A stretch of DNA of 45,206 nt from an uncultured Clostridia bacterium (GTDB lineage: Bacteria; Bacillota; Clostridia; TANB77; CAG-508). Below are positions 1 through 9,874 of the stretch, in pieces. Each line of letters starts with the position of its first letter. Within the stretch, counting starts at the first letter, position 1. Location of the stretch: assembly GCA_949077355.1 (NCBI GenBank), contig CARUQW010000002.1:1-45206 (forward strand). The letters run 5' to 3'. The position numbers and the translations under genes are program-made. The notes beneath the pieces were generated by a model. The model was not told the origin of the DNA. It saw only the letters and a list, made by a program, of their open reading frames with translations, and did no database searches.

Positions 1-1670
1 GTTTTGATTAATTCTTTGTCGGTTAGAATCATGTTTTTGATATATTTGTAAGGTGGAAATGTTTTATTGATTTCTTTGATTTTTTGCCAAATGATATTTT
101 CTAGTTCTTCTGTGGTAGTATTTGGATATTTTTCTTCTATTACTTCTTTATCATATACGATTTTAACAGACAGTTTTAAGTCGTTTTTGTCTTTTTGGTC
201 TGGCATACCATATACAATACATTCACTTACTTCGTCCATTCGATTAATTAACGTTTCTAATTCATCTGGAAAAACCTTTTTTCCATTTTTTAAAACAATC
301 ATGTCTTTTTTTCTACCAGCTAAAAATAAATACCCTTCTTTGTCAAAATAAGCTAAATCTCCTGTATAAAACCATCCCTCTTTTAAAACGTTATTGGTTG
401 CTTCTTCATTTTCATAATAACCAAGCATTACATTTGGTCCTTTTACTCTAATTTCCCCTATTCCTTGGTCATCTTGATTATATAATTCCAATTGCACATT
501 TTCCATCGGAAATCCAATCGAACCATATTTCATCTTTTTTACATTCTCTGCTGCAATAACAGGAGAAGTCTCTGTTAATCCATATCCTTGAACTACATTA
601 ATTCCCAATTCATTAAATCCTTGTGATACTTTTTTATCCAATGGTGCTCCTCCAGATATTACAAATCGTAAGCTCCCACCTAATTCGTTTAAAATCTCTT
701 TGAATATTTTTTTTCTAATATCAATATGGAATTTTAATAAAATGTTGCTTAGTTTTTTTGCAAAAGCAACTGCTTTGGTTTTTCCTTTTTTAGCTACTCC
801 TTGTTCAATTCTTTTATAGATAGCTTCTACTAGTAATGGTACACCAACAAATATGGATACTTTATATTCTTTTAAATTTTGTGCAATATAACGAAGTCCA
901 TCTGGAAAAACTGTTGTTACACCAAAGGCTAACATAACAATCATACAAGTAGAACCAAAAATATGATGGAATGGCAAGAATGCTATATTTACATCTTCTT
1001 TTCGAATATCCTCTACTAATTGCATACTATATACATTAGAAGTTATGTTGTTTTGTGAAAGCATAACTGCTTTCGATTTAGAAGTAGTACCTGATGTAAA
1101 TAACAATATGTTCATTTTATAACTATCAATTTTAGCTTCTACATATGTATTATTTCCAGCCTGCCATATTTCTTTTCCTTGTTCTTTTAACTCTGGTATA
1201 GATAAATATCCCTCTTTTCTCGACATACAAATGTAGTTTTCTATTTTAGCATTTCCCCTATTTCTAATTTCTTCTATATTTTCTGTATATTTTTCATCAA
1301 ACACTACTACATCTGCTTTGCTTCGAATGATACAACTTTCTAATTCATCTACTTGTAATTCTTTATCTAATGGGATACTAACAATACCACCTAATAAATT
1401 TGCTAGATGCGTCATAACCCATGCATAGCAATTTCTTCCTACAATAGCTACTCTTTTATTTTGGTATCCTAAATCATAGAATTTCGTTCCTAATGAATTT
1501 ACTTCTTCTAACAATCTGGTATAACTTACATTTTCATAAGTTAGTTCTTTTTTTTCATTTTTATGTTTTATAATAAATGCTGTTTTTTCCTTGTACTTTT
1601 CTGCTGAATGATAAATAAGTTCTTTTATATTTTCAAATTCTGTAGCTTCAAAATATTTTTCTCTTTCCAT
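1..1670 (-). CDS. AMP-dependent synthetase/ligase (long-chain fatty-acid-CoA ligase-like); C-terminus lies beyond the window edge
   Basis: Hand translation of the minus strand from ATG 1670 (GGAG RBS upstream) stays open to position 1, so it is missing from the ORF track. It carries the AMP-binding signatures LFTSGTTSKSKAV, GYGLTETS and YTGDLAYFDKEGYLFLAGRKKD. Confidence 0.85.
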   Translation of the reverse strand, partial: MEREKYFEATEFENIKELIYHSAEKYKEKTAFIIKHKNEKKELTYENVSYTRLLEEVNSLGTKFYDLGYQNKRVAIVGRNCYAWVMTHLANLLGGIVSIPLDKELQVDELESCIIRSKADVVVFDEKYTENIEEIRNRGNAKIENYICMSRKEGYLSIPELKEQGKEIWQAGNNTYVEAKIDSYKMNILLFTSGTTSKSKAVMLSQNNITSNVYSMQLVEDIRKEDVNIAFLPFHHIFGSTCMIVMLAFGVTTVFPDGLRYIAQNLKEYKVSIFVGVPLLVEAIYKRIEQGVAKKGKTKAVAFAKKLSNILLKFHIDIRKKIFKEILNELGGSLRFVISGGAPLDKKVSQGFNELGINVVQGYGLTETSPVIAAENVKKMKYGSIGFPMENVQLELYNQDDQGIGEIRVKGPNVMLGYYENEEATNNVLKEGWFYTGDLAYFDKEGYLFLAGRKKDMIVLKNGKKVFPDELETLINRMDEVSECIVYGMPDQKDKNDLKLSVKIVYDKEVIEEKYPNTTTEELENIIWQKIKEINKTFPPYKYIKNMILTDKELIK

Positions 1671-1776
1671 AATTTCTACTCCTTAATCTAGTATCAATTA
1701 CTAGGTTACCATACATTAAATATCTTGTCAAGCTGTTGACTAAACATTCAAAAGGTGGTATGATTAGTGCTACGAG

Positions 1777-2280
1777 GTGATTAATGTGAATACAGAAATT
1801 GAAAATTTTCATCTTCCTAGATGGCACGAACTTCCAACAATTGATTTATATATTGATCAAGTAGTTTCTTTATTAGAACAACATTTAACTGGTTATATTA
1901 AAAACGATAATGAAAAAGAAGAAAAATTGGTTACCAAAACCATGATTAATAACTATGTAAAACATGGTGTGATTAAACCACCTATTAATAAAAAATATAG
2001 AAAAGAACATACTGCTTCTTTGTTTGTTATTTTTATTTTAAAAGAAGTTTATAGTATTAATGATATTAAAAAATTAATTAGCTTAGGGATTGATACTTCT
2101 CCAATTGAACAAGCTTATAATCGTTTTTGCTCTGAATTGGAAAAAGCTATTCGTATTGTTTTTGCTGAAAAGAATTATGTTAAAAATAGCAAACTTTCTC
2201 AAGAACAATACATTTTGAGAAATGTAGTTCAATCTTTTGCTAATAAATTATATGTACAAAAGGTTTATTTGAAAAAATAA
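1777..2280 (+). CDS. DUF1836-like protein
   Basis: 167-aa ORF with LPRW..LP.IDLYIDQV and MINNYVK motifs remembered from DUF1836. A GAGGTG RBS favours a GTG start at 1786. TTGACT-17-TATGAT promoter at about 1733-1761. Confidence 0.6.
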   Translation: MINVNTEIENFHLPRWHELPTIDLYIDQVVSLLEQHLTGYIKNDNEKEEKLVTKTMINNYVKHGVIKPPINKKYRKEHTASLFVIFILKEVYSINDIKKLISLGIDTSPIEQAYNRFCSELEKAIRIVFAEKNYVKNSKLSQEQYILRNVVQSFANKLYVQKVYLKK

Positions 2281-2283
2281 ATT

Positions 2284-2325
2284 GAATGGATGATACTCTA
2301 TTTAATAGAACATCATCCATTTTTA
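2284..2325 (+). terminator. Rho-independent terminator between convergent genes
   Basis: Stem AATGGATGAT / ATCATCCATT followed by a T-run, directly after the 2280 stop. Confidence 0.6.
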
Positions 2326-2380
2326 TTGTTTTTACTAACCTTCTCTGGCACAATTTTTTTGAATTGCTTTGTATTTTATT

Positions 2381-4041
2381 TCATTCATCTAATTCATATA
2401 CTCCATTTTCTAATCTTAAATTTAAGTTTGGTTTTAATTTAAATACTGGTCTTAATCCCGACGTACAAAGCTGTCCACCTTGGCAATTCTCAGTGCAACC
2501 ATTTGCCCACCTAAAAAGTCCAAGGCACTTCCCATCATGAGGAACGATGTCATTTCCCTGTGCGTCACTCATATGAAGTCCAGCAAGATAATTGTTGTTA
2601 CCACTACTAGTACCGAAAGCTTCTATATCCCCAAAAATATTCAAATCCTGATTTCAACAAATTCAGTTCCTTACATTTGTCATAATCTAGACAGACACGT
2701 GTATCAGGATACCTACATGAAGGAATAGAACTATAGTAGCCAGGAAGAATAGCTGTATCTGAAAAAACTCCATTCGAATCTGAACCAACTGCTCTAGCAA
2801 CAGTTGCATAGTTAGAATTTAAGTAATTCTGCGAACGTTGGTATAATATACTAGTAGCATTGTTCCATCCATTTCCAGTATTGGCCCATCCACCTGTACC
2901 TCCTAGTGTTACACTTTCCAAAAATTGCATAGAAATTACCTGTATTCCGATTTTTGCCATATTCTGTATTTTCATCCCAAAGTACAGCACATTTTATTTT
3001 ATTTCCGTTTTTATCAATATAATTAACATATTCTCCATTTTTTATATTACTAGTAGTAGGGGCTGGTGATACTGTGATTGGTCCTTTTACTGTTTCTGTT
3101 TTGTTTGTTGCTTTATCCACTGTTAAAATATGCAAATAATAAGTTCCTGTTGTTGTTATTTTTGTTTTTACCTCACTTTGATTTTCTTTGAAAAATCCTC
3201 CTGTGTAACTAGCTTCATTTTTTCCCAATAAAGTATTGCTTTTTGTATAAACCCATTTACATTTTGTCATATCTACACCACTGACCCCATTATCACTTTG
3301 TGTTACTGTTGCTGTAATTTCTGTATTTGTATCAATACTTGTAGCACTAAAATTTATTGTTGCTTGGTTTGGGTCTTCTTTATCAATTTTGTCAATTGGC
3401 TTAGTTGCTGTTCCTCCTATTTCATCTAATTCATTAATTAGTCTTGCATAAATCATTCCATTCTTTTTAAATATTATAGCTGTACTATATTTCTCCCATG
3501 TTGTTCCATCTGTTGAATATTGTAGTGTATTTTTCCCTGTATCTATATTTGCTTTTAATTCTACTGTTACATCTGTATTCGTGTATCCACTTGGATTTAA
3601 TTGAAAGGTTATATCTCCTTCTTGTAAATTTGGTGGTGGATTTTTTCCTTGTTCTCCTACATATCTTACTTCATCTTCTGTTATTTCGTAAACATATCCT
3701 TCTTTCGTAATAACTCGTAATGTCGTAGGATTTTTTACTACTACACTTGCTCCTTCTAAGGTTCCTTTTCTACTAATTTCTTCTTCGATTGCTTTTTTGT
3801 ATCGTTCCATATATTCTTCTGCAGTTAAATTTTCTAGTATTTTTTCATCTCGTAGTCCGTTTCCTATGATTTGTAATACCTCTTTATATTGTGCCTTTTT
3901 ACTTTCTTCTTCTGCTGCCGTTGCTTTCGTTATCACTCCATTTTGTCCCGTTAAAGTTGCAATACTTACTCCTGCTAAAATTAATAATACAATAATTGTA
4001 ATTACTAATGCGATTAATGTGATTCCTCTGTTTCTTCTCAT
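2381..4041 (-). CDS. Large secreted/pseudopilin-like protein with a prepilin-type N-terminal hydrophobic segment; reading frame needs two +1 shifts at CGG
   Basis: Three ORF pieces (2851-4041, 2607-2990, 2381-2644) in frames 0 -> 2 -> 1. N-terminus is MRRNRGITLIALVITIIVLLILAGV. Joining at CGG 2949 and CGG 2615 gives 1659 nt (552 aa) with no other stop. Confidence 0.7.
2613..2615 (-). other. In-frame CGG at a +1 frame break (putative recoding site)
   Basis: Sense context TTT CGG TAC TAG. Skipping the C gives GGT ACT AGT, which continues as ORF 2381-2644. Confidence 0.6.
2947..2949 (-). other. In-frame CGG at a +1 frame break (putative recoding site)
   Basis: Sense context AAT CGG AAT ACA. 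Skipping the C gives GGA ATA CAG, which continues as ORF 2607-2990. Confidence 0.6.
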
Positions 4042-4149
4042 AATTTACCCCTTCTTTTGTTTGTATTTTATCTATGAGAAATTTTATCGCTTTTATCAGA
4101 TTTACGTCAACAATTTATCAGTTCTATTTTTTTCTATATAACAATAAAA

Positions 4150-4190
4150 TCAGAAAACCCATTTATATGAGTTCTCTGATTTCTGTTATG
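4150..4190 (-). terminator. Terminator downstream of the ART-like gene
   Basis: On the minus strand, stem ATCAGAGAAC / GTTTTCTGAT is followed by TTTATTGTT. Confidence 0.5.
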
Positions 4191-4207
4191 AACAAATTTC
4201 GCTGATT

Positions 4208-5095
4208 TTATGAAAATTTCTTCAATTCATAAAATACCATTTTTTTGAAATATTCCTTCCACTGTGGATAACATGCTGGAACATCCGGAAAACTGCTTTT
4301 TTCATTCAGTGCAGTATAAAACTTCCTAACTTCATCAAGTATCCTTTTGTCATATACTACACTTCTTAATTTTTCCCAGTTCTCTGCTGTATCAGTAAAT
4401 TTGGGTGAATAGACATCAATTTCATACATTAATGCTGGCTGCCCATCTTTGCCTACATAGCGTTCATCATATCCCTGACGATGTGCAACCAATGTGTTGC
4501 CCATCATTAAAAGGACTTCCTTTTCTTCTGGTTTAAGATAATCCTTACCCAGTTTCTCCATATCGAAGGCAACAACACCATAATGGAACTTATAACGGCA
4601 AATGGCTAAACCATTTTTATTGCCATACCCTAATTTCATAATCTCATCAACTGTAAGCTTTGTAGTCGATGTAAGTGCATTAACTACACTTTGACCTTCC
4701 GAAATTTCACTTTGCCGACAAGCTCTAACCGTTTCACCTATGGTGCTATTACTTCCGCTAGCAAAGCAATACAAATGTGTAAATAAATGAATCATCTTTT
4801 CAACTCCCAATGGAGTTAATAATTCCGGCGTTTGTTTCTTACCTTCATTAAAACGATCTCTTTCTGCTGTTTCTCCGCCCATTATAGTATTTAATGTAAC
4901 ATAAGCCTTTTTGGCGTTTACAACACTTTCATCAAAATCTTTTGCTTCAAAGTACTTTCCGTCTGGCATTCCCATATAGTATTTAGCTGCTGAAATCATT
5001 TCTTGAGTTACTACTTCTCCTGACTTCCGTAAAGCATTTACCCCTGCACTCGTTTGTAAAAACTTCATTAAATGTTGTTTTGTAAATTTGCTCAT
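4208..5095 (-). CDS. Putative ADP-ribosyltransferase (R-S-E type), orphan gene in a GC-richer island
   Basis: ATG at 5095 with RBS ACAGGAGGA. Motifs in order: TVRACR, LTSTTK (STT) and EEKEVLL (ExE followed by VLL). No signal peptide. About 42% GC in sampled lines versus about 29% in flanks. Contains an in-frame CGG (4715-4717) read as Arg. Confidence 0.5.
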   Translation of the reverse strand: MSKFTKQHLMKFLQTSAGVNALRKSGEVVTQEMISAAKYYMGMPDGKYFEAKDFDESVVNAKKAYVTLNTIMGGETAERDRFNEGKKQTPELLTPLGVEKMIHLFTHLYCFASGSNSTIGETVRACRQSEISEGQSVVNALTSTTKLTVDEIMKLGYGNKNGLAICRYKFHYGVVAFDMEKLGKDYLKPEEKEVLLMMGNTLVAHRQGYDERYVGKDGQPALMYEIDVYSPKFTDTAENWEKLRSVVYDKRILDEVRKFYTALNEKSSFPDVPACYPQWKEYFKKMVFYELKKFS

Positions 5096-5292
5096 CTTAA
5101 TTCCTCCTGTCAAAAATACTGAAGATACATAGTTTACTGCTAGTCAATTGACTAATCATTGTCTCTATCTCTTACTGTATCCCTCCTTTAGCAATTGAGA
5201 CAATAGGTTAAAACATTTTCAAAAGTTACATAATATCTGCAATGTTATCATATTTATGTGAAATTGTCAACCATTTTAAAAGAACATCACTT

Positions 5293-5862
5293 TTAAGATG
5301 TTCCTTCATATCCTTTTTCAATTATGGATGCTTCAATTTCATTGACTCTTTTCATAATCGATACCAGTAATTTAGTAAGTATTACCTTCATATTTTTAAC
5401 ATTTATAGCAATTCCTTTTGCTGAACATGCCTCTTTTAACTGATGATACTCCCTCTTAAAAATTGGCAACATAGACAAAGAAATACAGACTAATAATTCA
5501 ATATCTTCTGGATTTATTTTCAACAATTTTAATGGCATACAAAGATTTTTTACGGTATTGGCAATTCCTTTCACTGTCGTTGTTTTTGCATAAATATAAG
5601 TGATATGGCATACCAAGATTAATTTAATCGCCACCATAAAAGCATAGGTGTAATTCGCTAATAACCAATTAATTACTACTGTTACTAAAATAAAAGGTAA
5701 CAATTTTATGATACTTTCAATTGTACCTATTATTTTCGTTTTAAAATATATCATTGCTACTATATTGATTAAAAATACAATACATAACATCACATAGCTA
5801 TCTATAAAAAATATAAGAGTAGCATAGATAACAAAACTTAAAAACATTATTATATTTTTCAT
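5293..5862 (-). CDS. ecfT: ECF transporter transmembrane (T) component, short form
   Basis: 189-aa polytopic membrane ORF overlapping the upstream ATPase stop by 4 nt (ATGA). Its position in an S-A-T module supports the call. Confidence 0.6.
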   Translation of the reverse strand: MKNIIMFLSFVIYATLIFFIDSYVMLCIVFLINIVAMIYFKTKIIGTIESIIKLLPFILVTVVINWLLANYTYAFMVAIKLILVCHITYIYAKTTTVKGIANTVKNLCMPLKLLKINPEDIELLVCISLSMLPIFKREYHQLKEACSAKGIAINVKNMKVILTKLLVSIMKRVNEIEASIIEKGYEGTS

Positions 5863-6674
5863 CTTTTAATCATTTCCTTTAGCTTGTCTGTTAATTCGTC
5901 AACAGAATAATCTGTTAAACTAATTTTAATTTTTTCTTGTTTTAGTTTTTGTATTATTTGTAATACCATTGGAATTTTGATATCATATTTTTCAAAAATT
6001 TCTAATTCATTTGCTAACTCTTCTTTTCTTATTTCTGCAACAATTTCACCTTCTTGTAACAAAATAATTCGATCTGCTAGCAACATTTCTTCCGCCATAT
6101 TCGTTATATAAATGATTGTGTACCCTTCCTTTTTTAGTTTCTCTGCAATCTGATATATTTTCTCTTTTCCTTTGCTATCAATCATTGTAGTTGGTTCATC
6201 AAATATAATATACTTAGGTTGTTTTGCTAAAATTTCTCCAATAATCACCCTTTGTTTTTGTCCTAATGATAATTCATATAAATCCTCTTCTATTTTGTCC
6301 TTCATACCTACAACTTGTAAAGATTCTTGGATACGTTTTTGAATTTCTTCTTTTTCTAAGTCCTTTAACGCAAATGATACCTCATCTTCGACATGATTAA
6401 ATATAATCTGATTTTCTGGATTTTGGAATACAATTCCTACTTTTTTTCGTATTTCTTCTTTGTTTTCCTTTTTTGCAATATCCAAATCATCCATTGTGAT
6501 TTTCCCATCTTTTGGTTTTATAATTCCCGAAAGTAATTTTCCTAGAGTAGACTTACCAGAACCATTTTTTCCCATAATCACAACCGTTTCTCCATCAGGT
6601 ATATTCAAATTTATATTTTTTAAGATATTTTTTCCTTTTTTGTAATGATAACTTACATTTTCTACTCTAATCAT
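5859..6674 (-). CDS. ecfA: ECF transporter ATPase component
   Basis: Walker A GKNGSGKST, ABC signature LSLGQKQR and Walker B IIFDEPT. Confidence 0.85.
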   Translation of the reverse strand: MIRVENVSYHYKKGKNILKNINLNIPDGETVVIMGKNGSGKSTLGKLLSGIIKPKDGKITMDDLDIAKKENKEEIRKKVGIVFQNPENQIIFNHVEDEVSFALKDLEKEEIQKRIQESLQVVGMKDKIEEDLYELSLGQKQRVIIGEILAKQPKYIIFDEPTTMIDSKGKEKIYQIAEKLKKEGYTIIYITNMAEEMLLADRIILLQEGEIVAEIRKEELANELEIFEKYDIKIPMVLQIIQKLKQEKIKISLTDYSVDELTDKLKEMIKR

Positions 6675-7203
6675 TTTGTTCCCTCAAATATGTATTAAAT
6701 GGTTTTCTTAATGCTTTTTCTAAAAACACAATCACAAGTACTTTAATTGGTATCATGATTAATTCTTTTATTATTCTAGCTGAAATTAATACCATAAAAG
6801 CTTTTCCTGTTGTTATACTAATCCATAATGTATTTAACCCTATATTGGCAATAATCGTAACTAAAATAGAAGCTAAAATCACTCTCCCAATAAATTGTTT
6901 ATCTGTATAAGTATCTTCCTCTTTTTTGTATAACAAAAATCCATAAATTGCTCCTGCAACAGCTGTTGTGATTGTATAACCAATAAAATAGGAACCAAAT
7001 GGAAATAACGTTGCACCAATTAAATCAGCAAGTACATTGATTAATATCGTCCATTTTGGACCCAGCCATACCGCACATAACATAGTTGGTACAAAGGAAA
7101 AACCGATGGTTACAATAGGTGTTTTAATGGATAAAAATCTTGCTAATACAATTGACATAGCCAATAATAATGCTGCTAAAATTATTTTCTTATTCTTTGA
7201 CAT
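6667..7203 (-). CDS. ECF transporter substrate-specific (S) component, FolT-like
   Basis: 178-aa protein with 5-6 TM segments, resembling the folate-family S component (ARFLSI..FSFVP..GP..ADLIGA). Confidence 0.6.
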   Translation of the reverse strand: MSKNKKIILAALLLAMSIVLARFLSIKTPIVTIGFSFVPTMLCAVWLGPKWTILINVLADLIGATLFPFGSYFIGYTITTAVAGAIYGFLLYKKEEDTYTDKQFIGRVILASILVTIIANIGLNTLWISITTGKAFMVLISARIIKELIMIPIKVLVIVFLEKALRKPFNTYLREQND

Positions 7204-7258
7204 TTTTTTCTTCCTTTCTTTAAAGGGATTAGAGGGACGTTCCTTAAAATCCCTCTTC

Positions 7259-9874
7259 TTACTTCATTTTTTCTTTGATTCGAACTAAAGTATTAAGGGC
7301 ATCAATTGGTGTTAATTCATTTAAATTAATTTTGTCTACTTCATGTGCAATCTCAGCTAATTTATAATTATATAAATCAAACTGTCCTTCTACCTGCTTT
7401 TTGTCTTGTTTTTCTTGTTTTTTTCCTGTTAAGATATTTTTTCTTTCTAAAGAGCGTAAAATTTCATCTGCTTTTTTAGTTACTACTTTTGGAACTCCTG
7501 CTAAACGTGCAACATGGATACCATAACTTTCGTCTGTTCCACCTCTTACAATTTTTCTTAAGAAAATGATATCTTCTCCTTTTTCCTTTACAGCAATAGA
7601 ATAATTTTTAATTCCTTCCAATTTATCCTCTAATTCTGTTAATTCATGATAGTGAGTTGCAAATAATGTTTTAGCCCCACACTTTTCTTGATCACTAATA
7701 AATTCAGCAACTGCCCATGCAATAGATAATCCATCATAAGTTGACGTTCCTCTTCCAATTTCATCTAAAATAACTAAACTATTAGCTGTGGCTTCTTTTA
7801 AAATAGTTGCTACTTCCATCATTTCTACCATAAATGTACTTTGTCCCATACTTAAGTCATCTGATGCTCCTACTCTTGTAAAAATTTTGTCAACTACTCC
7901 TATTTTAGCATATTCTGCTGGTACAAAACTTCCTACTTGTGCCATTAAAGTAATTAAAGCAACTTGTCTCATATAAGTAGATTTACCTGCCATATTTGGT
8001 CCTGTAATAATCGATAATCGATTTTCTTGCTTGTCTAAATAGGTATCATTTTCAACAAAACTTCCTGCTCCTAATATTTTTTCAATTACAGGATGTCTTC
8101 CATTTTTGATATCAATTGTACCAGAAGAATTAACTTCAGGCATACAATAATTCATATCTTCTGCCACTTCTGCAAAAGATGTCAAAACATCTAAACTAGA
8201 TACAACTTCACTGGTTTTTTGTAATCTTTTTACATTTTTAGCAATTTCGTCTCTAATCTGTACAAAAGCATTGTATTCTAAATTTACTACTTTTTCTTCT
8301 GCCCCTAAAATTTGATTTTCTAAATTCTTTAATTCTTCTGTAATATACCTTTCAGCATTGGTTAAAGTTTGTTTGCGAACAAATCGGTCTGGAACTTGAT
8401 TTAAATTGGATTTTGTTACTTCAATAAAATAACCAAATACTTTATTAAATCCAATTTTTAGATTTTTAATTCCCGTTTTTTCTCTTTCTTCTAATTCTAG
8501 TTGAACTAGCCAATTCTTTCCTTCTGTTTGTGCCGTTTTTAGTTTATCGATTTCATCATCATATCCTAATTTGATGATACCTCCATCTTTAATAGTCATT
8601 GGTGGATCATCTATAATTGCACCATCAATTAATTGATAAATATCTTGTAATTCGTCTAAATTGTCTGCCAAATCTTTTAATAAATCTGTTTTGCAATTGA
8701 TAAGACATCTTTTTACCTCTGGTAATTTTAATAGCGAATTCTTTAAAGTTACCATATCTCTGGCATTAGCATTTCCATATGCCATTTTACCAGCTAGACG
8801 TTCTATGTCATATACTTTTTTTAAACTATCAATGATATCACCTCTTAACATGACATCATCTTTTAATTCTTTTACTGCATCCAATCTTCGATTGATTTCC
8901 AAAACATCAACAAGAGGGTCGTTTAACCATCTTCTCAAAGCTCTTCCTCCCATAGAAGTTGATGTTTTGTCTAACACCCATAGCAACGTTCCTTTTTTCG
9001 ATTTATCTCTTAATTTTTCTGTAATTTCCAAATTTCTTCTAGCATTAATATCCAATGCCATGTATCTAGATAATTGGTATACCACAATTTTATTAATATG
9101 GTCTAAGGTAGTTTTTTGTGTTTGTTCAATATATTCTACTAAAGCATGAATTGAAGAAATAGCTAATGTTCTTTCATGAAAATCTTCGATTTTTTTACCA
9201 TTGTTATCCACAATATTAAATCTTAAATCTAAATTTTCTACTTCCATATTAAAGAATTTATCATTAAATTTTGTAACATATACATTTTCAAATCGTTCTT
9301 TAATTTTGTCCATTTCTTCGCTGCAATCTGCCATCATAGAATTAACCACTAATTCAGATGGTGTATATCTTGCAATTTCATCTAGTAACATTGGAAAGTT
9401 GTGATTATCTTTAATTTCGGCAGAATAAAATTCTCCTGTTGATATATCACAAATACTAATTCCAAAGTAAATACCTGATTTAAAAATTGACATGATATAG
9501 TTGTTTTTTCTTTCTTCTAGCATGTTACTCTCTACTACTGTCCCTGGTGTGACAACACGAATAACGCCTCTTTTTACAATTCCTTTTGTATCTTTTGGAT
9601 TTTCTAATTGCTCACAAATTGCTACTTTATACCCCTTGTTTACTAACTTGGCTATGTACATTTCTGCAGCATGATGCGGAACTCCTGCCATTGGTGCTCT
9701 TTCCGCTTGTCCACAATCTTTTCCTGTTAATGTTATCTCTAATTCCCTAGCTACTAAAATGGCATCATCAAAAAACATTTCATAGAAATCTCCTAATCGA
9801 TAAAACAAAATACAGTCTTTGTATTCTTCTTTGGTTTCAAGATATTTTTGCATCATTGGTGAATATTCTGCCAT
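7259..9874 (-). CDS. mutS: DNA mismatch repair protein MutS
   Basis: 871 aa, with the N-terminal PMMQQY-like motif, FYRLGDFYE, Walker A GPNMAGKST and DEIGRGTST. No in-frame CGG. Confidence 0.95.
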   Translation of the reverse strand: MAEYSPMMQKYLETKEEYKDCILFYRLGDFYEMFFDDAILVARELEITLTGKDCGQAERAPMAGVPHHAAEMYIAKLVNKGYKVAICEQLENPKDTKGIVKRGVIRVVTPGTVVESNMLEERKNNYIMSIFKSGIYFGISICDISTGEFYSAEIKDNHNFPMLLDEIARYTPSELVVNSMMADCSEEMDKIKERFENVYVTKFNDKFFNMEVENLDLRFNIVDNNGKKIEDFHERTLAISSIHALVEYIEQTQKTTLDHINKIVVYQLSRYMALDINARRNLEITEKLRDKSKKGTLLWVLDKTSTSMGGRALRRWLNDPLVDVLEINRRLDAVKELKDDVMLRGDIIDSLKKVYDIERLAGKMAYGNANARDMVTLKNSLLKLPEVKRCLINCKTDLLKDLADNLDELQDIYQLIDGAIIDDPPMTIKDGGIIKLGYDDEIDKLKTAQTEGKNWLVQLELEEREKTGIKNLKIGFNKVFGYFIEVTKSNLNQVPDRFVRKQTLTNAERYITEELKNLENQILGAEEKVVNLEYNAFVQIRDEIAKNVKRLQKTSEVVSSLDVLTSFAEVAEDMNYCMPEVNSSGTIDIKNGRHPVIEKILGAGSFVENDTYLDKQENRLSIITGPNMAGKSTYMRQVALITLMAQVGSFVPAEYAKIGVVDKIFTRVGASDDLSMGQSTFMVEMMEVATILKEATANSLVILDEIGRGTSTYDGLSIAWAVAEFISDQEKCGAKTLFATHYHELTELEDKLEGIKNYSIAVKEKGEDIIFLRKIVRGGTDESYGIHVARLAGVPKVVTKKADEILRSLERKNILTGKKQEKQDKKQVEGQFDLYNYKLAEIAHEVDKINLNELTPIDALNTLVRIKEKMK

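Noticed and set aside
67-351. This and many other plus-strand ORFs of 60-160 aa lie antisense to long minus-strand genes (e.g. 2286-2540, 3498-4141, 6460-6645, 7788-9404, 10275-11309, 16576-16875, 17089-18337, 24782-25138, 29239-29421, 31945-32337, 34993-35623, 36208-36486).
   Set aside because: They lie entirely inside well-supported genes on the opposite strand. They have Phe/Leu/Ser/Ile-rich low-complexity translations typical of AT-rich antisense frames, and they lack an RBS.
7205-7258. Hairpin AAGGGATT...AATCCCT containing GGGACGTTCC between mutS and the ECF S-component gene, as a possible fourth repeat copy or riboswitch.
   Set aside because: It is too short and only partially similar to the repeat family. 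It is most simply an intercistronic stem-loop. It is mentioned under the repeat finding but not called as a feature.
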